From Nonlabens sp. (GTDB lineage Bacteria; Bacteroidota; Bacteroidia; Flavobacteriales; Flavobacteriaceae): a DNA stretch of 64,000 nucleotides. Of this stretch, positions 38,937 through 48,100 are shown in pieces. The notes under the pieces are model-generated. The model was not told the origin of the DNA, did not search any database, and was given only the letters and a program-made list of their open reading frames with translations. Position 1 is the first letter of the stretch; every line of letters starts with the position of its first letter. The stretch lies in NCBI RefSeq assembly GCF_039941875.1, contig NZ_JBDVDQ010000016.1, forward strand, positions 81,916 to 145,915, in the 5' to 3' direction. The position numbers and the translations under genes were made by a program.

Positions 38937-39491
38937 TCAATATTCCATTTCAATGCGGTTTATTAACAAGTCATTGACAATCTTAACTTCTGGATGAAGC
39001 TCAATTTTAAAAATTGTTACATCTTTAAAGTACTTTTCCTCTATTGAATTATAATAGCTTCTTTCTACCGGTAATAAAACAGGACTGTACTCCTTGTTAT
39101 GCATCAAATTTAATGTATGATAATTTAACCATTTATCTATAGGCTCATGAATTATGAAATAACTTTTTTCAAAAGATTTCATTGAAATGGGATCTAATTC
39201 ATTAAAATAATTATCAGAAATAATTATGTCATTAAACTTAATCTTCATTTTATTAATAATAATGGTATCATTTAGGTTAAAAACATCTCTAGGTACAAAG
39301 CGAATAGGTCCATTTAACGATACTGAATTAGGAAACTCAAAAAAAGTCTTAATAGTTAAATGATCTTTTGGTTTGATGTTTAATCTACTAATAACTTCTT
39401 CATATACAGCATTTTTATCATTCTCTTGAGTATTACCTTTTTTAAAACAAAATAACAATACAATAAAAATGAAAAATTTTATTTTAATCAT
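38937..39491 (-). CDS. Exported hypothetical protein, candidate immunity protein (cassette 3)
   Basis: Signal peptide; ATGA 4-nt overlap with upstream toxin tip. Confidence 0.6.
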   Translation of the reverse strand: MIKIKFFIFIVLLFCFKKGNTQENDKNAVYEEVISRLNIKPKDHLTIKTFFEFPNSVSLNGPIRFVPRDVFNLNDTIIINKMKIKFNDIIISDNYFNELDPISMKSFEKSYFIIHEPIDKWLNYHTLNLMHNKEYSPVLLPVERSYYNSIEEKYFKDVTIFKIELHPEVKIVNDLLINRIEMEY

Positions 39492-40036
39492 AACTTTTTA
39501 TTAATTTTTGAAATTGCTTCACTTGGTCTAAATGCTGAAGGATTATCAGTACCCTTATTAAAATGAAGAAAACCTGATCTATAATCTGAACGATGCGGCA
39601 GTTCCATTTCACCTCTAAAAATATTTATTAAATCAACTGTATCTCCAGTTTGTCGTCCATTTACTGAACTTGGATCTCTCAAACCTCCAACAGCATGTCC
39701 AATAAATTCATGCTCTACTAATCTTCCAAGATTAAACATTCTTTTTGAAAAATTTCCAGTCTCTGAAACCCAACTTCCTAATGCATTTTGTCCATCAAAA
39801 TCAGCTAAATCAACGTAGGCTGTTTTAGTTTCCATATTAGTTGAACCGTACCCTATAGGATTACTAACGTTAACGGTCTGACCTGCAACTGTGACAGAAC
39901 TATCTTCTGATCCAATATTATAGCCAAATACTAATTTCCCTTCAGAAGTACTTCCATTCTTTAATTCCCCTGCTGGCGCTCGTGCTAGTTTGCAACTAGT
40001 ACCGTACAGAGTGAAGACATAAATATAATAAATCAT
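39488..40036 (-). pseudogene. Orphan toxin C-terminal fragment with HExxGH metallopeptidase-like motif
   Basis: VEHEFIGHA; first ~24 codons come from the direct repeat. Confidence 0.5.
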
Positions 40037-40123
40037 AGAAATCTTTAGACCTCAAAGGTTTCTTATTTTCTTTTAAAAATTATTCTATTTTATTCAAACT
40101 CGGTATTCCCTAGAAACGAGTAC
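39965..40123. repeat. Direct repeat copy A (~160 bp)
   Basis: 29/30 identity at 39969-39998 vs 42260-42289 and 51/52 at 40017-40068 vs 42315-42366. Confidence 0.9.
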
Positions 40124-40160
40124 GAGCGTTTGCGCAGTAAATCTATAATTAATTTCATAA

Positions 40161-40190
40161 AAAAGGAAAGTTGTTTCTAACTTTCCTTTT
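40161..40190. terminator. Terminator hairpin after JAB-toxin immunity gene
   Basis: AAAAGGAAAGTT-GTTTCT-AACTTTCCTTTT. Confidence 0.75.
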
Positions 40191-40206
40191 CCATGATTGT
40201 GCATAT

Positions 40207-40246
40207 CACGAGCGAGACGCTTGCGCCAGTTGGCCAACTAGGGAGG
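40207..40246 (+). repeat. GC-rich REP-like hairpin at 3' end of immunity gene 2
   Basis: CACGAGCG-AGA-CGCTTGCG-CCAG...GGGAGG, ending 2 nt from the stop codon. Confidence 0.55.
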
Positions 40247-40248
40247 TT

Positions 40249-40737
40249 TTAATCGCATTTTCTAATCTGAGAATCGACTAAATGGTAACAATTTTGAGTA
40301 TCCTTTTTAATAAGCCAGGCAGAAATATCTCTAAAAGAAATAACAGATTTACCTACGTAATTACTCAAATCTATATTAAAATCAGTTTTAAATAATAAAT
40401 CGTTTTGTTTATTGATTACTACAAATACAACATTATTGTTAATGACGGTTGAAAGTATGGCTTTTTCCTGATAATTATTCAATTCCATCAGATTAGCAAT
40501 TTTACCTTGAGTGACTAAAATGTAATCATTTTCCTTAAAATCAACATACCAATTAAACTTGTTTTTATTGTTTTGACAGGTATCCTTTTTACCAATAATG
40601 TTCTCCAATTCTTTTATCAATTGTTCGTTCTTAAAAAAAACTAGATTCGAGTGTGTTGTTGAATTTTCCTTTTGAGCATAACAGAATAAAGTACAGAAGA
40701 AAATTAATACAAATATTTTGAAATTGAATGATCTCAT
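40249..40737 (-). CDS. Exported hypothetical protein, candidate immunity to JAB toxin
   Basis: Sec signal (…FCYA-Q); ATGA overlap with toxin stop. Confidence 0.65.
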   Translation of the reverse strand: MRSFNFKIFVLIFFCTLFCYAQKENSTTHSNLVFFKNEQLIKELENIIGKKDTCQNNKNKFNWYVDFKENDYILVTQGKIANLMELNNYQEKAILSTVINNNVVFVVINKQNDLLFKTDFNIDLSNYVGKSVISFRDISAWLIKKDTQNCYHLVDSQIRKCD

Positions 40738-41654
40738 AATTTAAGTTTTTTTTGTGCTGGAGCATCTATTATTATGGTATTTAATTCAAAACTTACTGAG
40801 TTCTTATCAAAGTCCTTATACTCATTTATAAACGGAGAATATATTTCAAATCTAGGTTTGAAACCTAGTCTTTTTTCGAAGATTCCTGCCGAAGAAATAT
40901 CCAATGGTGATGGGGCTAAAAAAGGATCAGGATGAGAATGTACATGATGTAATAATATTTTATGCCTTTTGGATAAAATATTTATGCTATACTCTGCATT
41001 TGATTCAAAAGATGTGCTGATATATTTAATATCTGAAAACCAATTTGAATAAGAGTGTTCACTGTCCGAATTATCTGTAATAAATTCAAACAAAGCTTTG
41101 TTATCTTTTACTTTAGTAGTTTCTATATTTTGTATTTCCCTAATTGTTCCCTCATCATCAATATGTGTTGTATTTTCAATTTTATCTAAAACACCTTTCT
41201 CAACATTTATTGAATTTCCTGTTTCTTTACCTTCATAATCTAAAGCAATAAGTTTATCATGCTTATCATTTGTAGCCCTAATAAATGCAATTTTACCATT
41301 ATCATCTATACCATAATCATCTTGTACTACTTCAGGAGCCATCCCAGTAGGATCGGTATACATCACAGGATTATTAAACGCATAAGCATACGACGACCAT
41401 TCAGGCATTTTTTCCGCCAGTGGATCAACACTCATCCATATACTTAAACTAGGGTCATAATAACGTGCTCCATAATAATACATACCGGTCTCGCTGTCCA
41501 GTTCTTTACCGTTAAATTTGAACTCGGTCTGGTAATATGATATTGAGGTTTGCTCTGCCATGGTCTCTCCAAAGGGTAAGTTAAGAAAAAACTGGTACAT
41601 ATTACCGTTTACGTCTGTTAACGCATTTGTGGTACCTAAATGGTAAATAGGTTT
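40734..41654 (-). pseudogene. Headless Rhs-core fragment with C-terminal JAB/JAMM (Tox-JAB1-like) toxin domain
   Basis: In-frame upstream of the ATG at 41600: HLGTTNALTDVNGN; then PFGE, FNGKELDSETGMYYYGARYYDP, NNPVMYTDPTG, HSHP-x6-S-x2-D. Confidence 0.85.
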
Positions 41655-42119
41655 TTAAAAGCTACAACTGCTAATTTGGTTTTTTAGGAAGTTTATTTCC
41701 TTTGATTCATCTTTTACTATTGTAAAATTGAACCATGTATCATCCTCGCCTTGATAATAGTCTATTTGATCTGACTTGTACTGCTTTGAATAGACTATTG
41801 AAGCTTCTGGAACACCACTCGAAAAAGCTTTCATAGGCAACGCAACTATACGTTTACCCTTACTAACAAAAGATATAGACTCAGAATTTAAGTTCTTAAA
41901 CCTATCCTCATCTTCTTTTGTTTTCAGCTTCACATAAAGCATAGTCTCATCGCGGCATATTTGATCAATTTCAAAAATTATTTCATCCTGATTCGTAGAA
42001 ACAGTAAGTTTTAATGAGCTATTTTCGAATGACTGACAAGAGACAATACTAACGCTTATAGTTATGATATTTAGGCTCAAGATTAACGCTCGTACCGAAC
42101 ATATTCGTTGTAGTACCAT
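41655..42119 (-). CDS. Hypothetical lipoprotein, candidate immunity protein (cassette 1)
   Basis: Hydrophobic stretch ending IVS-C; overlaps upstream short ORF; start uncertain. Confidence 0.55.
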   Translation of the reverse strand: MVLQRICSVRALILSLNIITISVSIVSCQSFENSSLKLTVSTNQDEIIFEIDQICRDETMLYVKLKTKEDEDRFKNLNSESISFVSKGKRIVALPMKAFSSGVPEASIVYSKQYKSDQIDYYQGEDDTWFNFTIVKDESKEINFLKNQISSCSF

Positions 42120-42318
42120 ATAATTTAGTTATTTCAGATAAAGTAAAAACTTGGGGTTTTACATATATACCATTTTTTGAATATAAATAAGTAATTCCAT
42201 CTTGACTTCTTCCGTAAAACACAGCGGAATTGGTATTTCCAAATATCACATTCGTTTCTCCTGCTGGCGCTTGTGCTAGTTTGCAACTACTACCATTACC
42301 GTACAGAGTTATAAACAT
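42049..42318 (-). pseudogene. Short orphan toxin-tip-like fragment fused to repeat-encoded peptide
   Basis: First ~21 codons come from direct repeat B; position parallels cassette 3. Confidence 0.35.
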
Positions 42319-42419
42319 AAATATAATAAATCATAGAAATCTTTAGACTTCAAAGGTTTCTTATTTATTTTTAAATTATTCTTATCTACTCCAACTATGT
42401 ACTCGATAGAAACGAGCAC
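42256..42419. repeat. Direct repeat copy B (~160 bp)
   Basis: See copy A. Confidence 0.9.
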
Positions 42420-42512
42420 CAGAGGTTTTGTAAACTTGCGATAGTAGTTTTATTGATTAATTAAAAGATTCTTAATTGTCAAAGAGAACAACGCCTAAAA
42501 CGAATAGAAAAT

Positions 42513-42544
42513 AAAAAATGCCTCTCCATTACAGAGAGGCATTT
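42513..42544. terminator. Terminator hairpin AAATGCCTCTC-CATTACA-GAGAGGCATTT (right island flank)
   Basis: Same 11-bp stem as 38701-38727. Confidence 0.8.
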
Positions 42545-42571
42545 GTATTTAAGATTTTTAGTACTTGTTCC

Positions 42572-42585
42572 GCTTTCGCGAAAGC
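42572..42585. repeat. Iterated palindrome copy 10 (right island flank)
   Basis: CGCTTTCGCGAAAGCG at 42571-42586. Confidence 0.9.
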
Positions 42586-42602
42586 GATACTAGTATCTAT
42601 AT

Positions 42603-44981
42603 TTAATAGTTGATATACATCCAGCTTGCAATATCTTCAGCCTCTGCATCATTAAACTTAATTACATAGAAGTAAGTCCCTACTGGAAGTAATCCATCGC
42701 CAGAGGCTACTCCTGAATTAGGAATACCTGCAAACTCTACATAGTTGTTTGCTCTAGTTTCATAAACGACAGAACCTAATCTATTGAATACTTTCATTTC
42801 AAAGTTAGGAAACTGATCTAGTCCAGGAATAGAGAACGTATCATTAATACCATCATTGTTAGGAGAGAAACCTTCTGGAACTTCTACCTCACAAGTCATA
42901 ACTATTAGAGTAAATGAACCTGTTGTAAAACAAGATGGATCTTGTACGTTAGATACTCTCACATAAATAATTTCTCCCATAGACTGATAAGAGTCTGGAG
43001 TAGAAATACTATTTGTATTTGCGTCTGCATCTGCTTGAGAAAGGAAGTAAGCTACATCAAATTCTGCTGCTGATTGTGCTCCTAGAATGATAGCGTCTTG
43101 TGCTGTAAGATCAAATAACTCTAGACCGTTAATAGCACCATCTACATCATCACAAGCTTCTATATCTGCTACTGCATTAAACACAGCAGATGAATAAACG
43201 ATATCCAATTCTTCCACCACATAACAACCAGAAGCAAGATCTTGTACTCTAATAAACACGGTTTCATTTGCGCTTACATCATAAACACCTGGAGATACAA
43301 TAGCATTTGTAGCAGCGTCTGCATCTAATTGTGTAGGGTAAACATCTATTGAAAACAAAGTTGTGTCTAGTCCATTAAGTGTTTGTGTATATCTAGAGGT
43401 TAAATCTATCGTAGCAGAACCAGTATTTTGACATACTATAATATCATTAGGTTGTGCAGTAGCTATTTCTGACGACACTTCTATACATACCGTTTCTGTG
43501 TAAGTACAACCGAAGCTATCTGTAAATATATAATCGTAACAATTTTGCCCAGCAACAGTAGGTGTTACTGTGATAACGTTACCGTTTGTTGCAGTAATAT
43601 CTGCATTTGCTCCCCATACTTGAGAAACTTCCCCAGGAGTATATCTTTCTGCATCAGGCACAATTAATGGGTTAAAATTGATACCCCATTCAAAAATATA
43701 ACCATTATCACTAGATAAATTATCTACAATTCTAAGGCACCATAATCCATTAAGAGATGTTCCTGCAAATGTAGAGAAAGGATCTTCTGCAAGATAATCT
43801 CCTGCAGGTAGTGTAGTGACTGCTCCCGAAGCTTGAAAAAGAGTTTGTGTAGCACTAGGCGCCTCAGTAAAATTATAAACAAATCCTACTCCAGGAGTTA
43901 AATCGGTATCTACATCGATAGGTACACCTAAAAATGTATTTCCACCACCACCGGTTTTTACATCAATTACTGCACCGTTAGGAGCCGTTAAAGTAATATC
44001 TAAATCTCCTAAATAACTATGTTCCATATTAATAAAGAAGCCTAATAAATCTGCCGCACTGTTAAGTGTTGCTCCAGGAGCAAACCCACTTACATCTATA
44101 CAAGTTTCATAAAATGTAGTACCACTATCATCTGGTAAAAATGTAACACCTGAAACTGGAGGTGCAACTTGTGATGCAAATTCAGTTGCTACCACCATTC
44201 CCGTGATATCTGTAGATTCTCCAAAACAGATAGTAGTATCTGCTGCTGCAGTTCCAGTAAAGTCTGGTGTAGTTGATACTTGTATAACAATATCTTCTAA
44301 TGATCTATCTCGACAACCGTCTGGTGCAGTAGCGACGAAGTCTATTCTATAAACACCTGGATCGTTAAAAGTCTGTTGTAAAGTAGTTCCTACTGCCTCT
44401 GTACCGTCAGGAAGTCTGAATTTATATGTTGCTCCAGCAGAATCATTTGAAAATGTAGCTGAACCAGTGAAGTCTACTACTTCTCCTTGACACAATCTAA
44501 GTATACCGTCTGCATCAATAGCAGGTACAGTAACTATATCAGTTGTAATAGTTTGACACGTATCAAAACATTCTACCGCAGCTTGCCATCCAGTAGATGT
44601 ACCTGATCCATTAGAAATAAAAGTAAAAGTTAAACACCCTGAGGTATTTGTAGCACTTGCTAGAAGAGTTCCTGGAGATGTTGTCCCCTGAAAAACACCT
44701 AAAAAAGGAGCTGTATTACTATCTCCATCATAAGCAAGAAGAATATCACCGAACTGTGTGTCAAAAGAATTGAAAGTTACTCGCATAGCATCTGTTTCAA
44801 AAGGAGAACAGAAAGTAATCGTAAAACTTTCACTAACAGCATAATCACCTGTGACACCACCTGAATCTGTAAAGCTACCTGAACAAGTAACAAACTCACC
44901 GTCGGTCATAGGAAAGTCTTGTGCGGTTGAGAAGGCTGTAAAAAATAATATGCCTATACAACTAAGAATAAAGTTTTTCAT
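42603..44981 (-). CDS. T9SS type B (gliding-motility-associated CTD) surface protein with CUB-like, PKD-like and proprotein-convertase P-like domains
   Basis: Signal peptide; GSFTDSGG-x3-DY; GDLDITLTAPNG...LNGLWCLRIVDN; PEGFSPNNDGINDTF...VFNRLG...GTYFY. Confidence 0.8.
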   Translation of the reverse strand: MKNFILSCIGILFFTAFSTAQDFPMTDGEFVTCSGSFTDSGGVTGDYAVSESFTITFCSPFETDAMRVTFNSFDTQFGDILLAYDGDSNTAPFLGVFQGTTSPGTLLASATNTSGCLTFTFISNGSGTSTGWQAAVECFDTCQTITTDIVTVPAIDADGILRLCQGEVVDFTGSATFSNDSAGATYKFRLPDGTEAVGTTLQQTFNDPGVYRIDFVATAPDGCRDRSLEDIVIQVSTTPDFTGTAAADTTICFGESTDITGMVVATEFASQVAPPVSGVTFLPDDSGTTFYETCIDVSGFAPGATLNSAADLLGFFINMEHSYLGDLDITLTAPNGAVIDVKTGGGGNTFLGVPIDVDTDLTPGVGFVYNFTEAPSATQTLFQASGAVTTLPAGDYLAEDPFSTFAGTSLNGLWCLRIVDNLSSDNGYIFEWGINFNPLIVPDAERYTPGEVSQVWGANADITATNGNVITVTPTVAGQNCYDYIFTDSFGCTYTETVCIEVSSEIATAQPNDIIVCQNTGSATIDLTSRYTQTLNGLDTTLFSIDVYPTQLDADAATNAIVSPGVYDVSANETVFIRVQDLASGCYVVEELDIVYSSAVFNAVADIEACDDVDGAINGLELFDLTAQDAIILGAQSAAEFDVAYFLSQADADANTNSISTPDSYQSMGEIIYVRVSNVQDPSCFTTGSFTLIVMTCEVEVPEGFSPNNDGINDTFSIPGLDQFPNFEMKVFNRLGSVVYETRANNYVEFAGIPNSGVASGDGLLPVGTYFYVIKFNDAEAEDIASWMYINY

Positions 44982-45133
44982 AAATATAGTATTGCGTTTT
45001 GGATATGGTTATAACTAACTGCAAAATAATCAAATTCGTTAACCCATTATTAAGAAATTATAATTTCTATGAACTGTTTATCAAACAAACTTACACAAAT
45101 AGATAAAACACGCATTTATTCGGTAGAACGCAT

Positions 45134-45164
45134 AAAAAAACCGCTTGATATGATCAAGCGGTTT
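45134..45164 (-). terminator. Intrinsic terminator after secDF
   Basis: AAACCGCTTGAT-ATG-ATCAAGCGGTTT with A-run on + strand. Confidence 0.75.
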
Positions 45165-45187
45165 AAATAAATTATCAAAAAGATAGA

Positions 45188-48100
45188 TTATAGTTCTTCT
45201 TTTTCAGGTTTTGGCTCTTTAGGAGTCAATTTTCCATTTGTTTTAGTCATAGTATCAAACATCACTGGTGTTGCAATGAACACAGATGAATATGTACCTA
45301 CTATTACACCGATAATTAATGCTAACATAAATCCTTGTATAGACTCACCACCGAATATAAAGATAGCAAGTAATACAATTAATGTAGTTAAAGATGTATT
45401 TAATGTACGTGATATAGTACTACTGATAGCAGAGTTAACTGTTCTTGGGAATTCCCAATTAGTACGCTCATTGATAAATTCACGTATTCTATCAAATACA
45501 ACCACGGTATCATTCAGTGAATAACCAATAACTGTTAATATTGCTGCAATAAATGCCTGATCTATTTCCATGTTAAATGGTAATACTTTGTATAATACGG
45601 AGAATGCACCTAATACGATAATAACATCATGGAATACAGCAGCTACTGCACCTAATGAGAATTGCCACTTACGGAAACGTATTAAGATATAAATAAATAC
45701 CACTATAAGAGATCCTAAGATCGCATAAAGTGAACCTGTTAGAATATCATCTGCAATAGAAGCACCTACCTGGAAAGAAGATCTAATACCATGCTTCTTG
45801 TTTTCGTTACTTACATCAGCAAACTGAGCTTGTGACATATCACTTGGTAAATAAGGTTTAAGAATTTGATATAATTTATCTTCTATTTCCTGACTTACTT
45901 CACTATCATCTCTATCAATACCATACTTGGTACTAATTTTCAATTGATTTCCAGAACCATAAGTTTTTGCCTCAGCACTACCGAAGATGTCTTCAGAACT
46001 TAGTTGCTTTGTAATTTCTGTTGCATTAACATCTTGAGCAAAACCTACGATTACCGTACGTCCACCAGTAAAGTCAATACCCATATTCAACTTATTAGTT
46101 GCTAGAGACACTAAACTTCCTACCACTAAGAATGCAGAAATAATATAAGCTATCTTTCTCTTTTTCAAGAAATCTATATTTACATTTCTAAACCAGTTCT
46201 TTGTAATACCAGTAGAGAATCCTATAGTTTTTCCATTGTTTACATAACCATCAACAAATAATCTTGTTATAAAGATTGCAGTAAATAATGATGTAAGAAT
46301 ACCTATCATTAAAGTAGTAGCAAAACCTTGAATAGGTCCTGTTCCAAATACATAAAGAATAACAGCCGTTAAGAATGTAGTAACGTTTGCATCTAGAATA
46401 GAACTTAATGCGTTGTTGAAACCATCTTTTATACTATCTGCTTGTGATTTACCTTTTGCAAGTTCTTCACGTATTCTTTCAAAAATAAGTACGTTAGCAT
46501 CTACCGATATACCTATAGTTAATACAATACCTGCAATACCAGGTAAAGTAAGAACTGCTTTAAGAGATGCCAGAGCACCAAATATGAATAGTATGTTTAC
46601 TAAAAGAGCGATATCTGCATATAAACCTGCACGACCGTAATAGAAGAACATCCATACTAATACTAATAAAAGAGCAATACCAAATGACCATAGTCCGCTA
46701 TCAATAGCTTCTTGACCTAATGATGGTCCGATCACGTCACTTTGAATAATTTCTGCTTTTGCAGGTAATTTACCAGCTCTAAGAACTGTTGCAAGATCTT
46801 TAGCCTCATCAATTGAGAAGTTACCAGAAATTTGAGTCTGTCCACCAGAAATAGCACCGTTAGTTACGTTAGGCGCACTGTATACTGTATTATCTAAAAC
46901 TACAGATACTTGAGATTGGTTTTGATAAGCTTCAGCAGTCATATCTTCCCAGATCTTAGCACCTTCACCATTCATAGACATACTTACTACAGGTAGTCCA
47001 GAGTTACCATATTGCTGGCTTGCGTCTGTAATAACACCACCAGTAAGTGGCGCTTCATTTTGAGAGTTACCTTTTAATGCATATAAGTCAATAATTTCAT
47101 AACCTAAACCTTCATTAAGTACAGGAAGTCCCCATGCAAATTTCACATTGCGCTGCTCTGCAGTTAACTTACCTCTAGCTTGTGGGTCATTGATATAACT
47201 ATCAATTAAGTCTTTATCTTCTGCTTTGAAAGCTGCAAGTGCTCCATTAGGAGATTGAAACATTCTACTAAAGATAGGACTCTTATCAAAGTCTGCACTA
47301 GAAGGTCCATCTGTAGAAGCATCATCTTCATTTTCTTGATTTAATAAATCACCAAGACCAGCCTCAGTAGAATCTGTAGCTACTTCAGTTTGTGCTGCAA
47401 GATCGTCAGTTGCAACATCTTCTTTTTTAGACGCCGCGCTAGCTGCAAGCTTTGCTGCCCAGTAAGTATTTGCTTCGTTTAAATAAGAAGCAATTGCATT
47501 AGGTTGGTACACATGCCAAAACTCTAATTGTGCCGCTTTAGTAAGGATGTCCTTAATACGCTTTACATCAGTCTCACCAGGTAATTCAATAAGAATACGA
47601 CCAGAAGTACCTAATTGTTGTAAGTTAGGTTGTGTAGTACCGAATTTATCGATACGCTTTCTTAGTACATCAAATGCACTAGTCATGTAATCTTTAAGCT
47701 CTTCTCTAAGAATAGGCTCTACATCAGAATTACTCATGTCAAATTCGATTCCACGAGTTTGCATTTCCTGATTTGCAAAAATATCTGGAGACGCAAGTTG
47801 TGCTCCATCTATATTATTAAATTCTTCAATAAAATAGTTAAAGTAGTCATCCTGACCATCTTTAATTCTTTCATCTGCTGCATCTAGCGCTCTATTGAAA
47901 TTAGGATCGGTAGAATCGTCTGCCATTCCTGTTAATAGATCACGTACAGATACTTGAAGAATTACGTTAATACCACCTTTAAGGTCAAGTCCTTTCTTAA
48001 GTTCTTGATTCTTTGCGTCAGCATAAGTTGTAAATCCGCCCCATACATCTTGTGATGCTACAGAGTCTAAATAATGTTTTTGAGCCTCGCTCTTTAATGA

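Larger units (their letters stand above)
38930..42450 (-). mobile_element. Orphan Rhs/polymorphic toxin-immunity island (three cassettes, no mobility gene)
   Basis: Headless Rhs core, toxin tips with coupled exported small genes, internal direct repeat, compositional shift. Confidence 0.7.

Noticed and set aside
38930-42450. Island as prophage, IS or classical integron
   Set aside because: No integrase, transposase or phage genes, and I could not fit canonical attC RYYYAAC/GTTRRRY boxes to the junction hairpins
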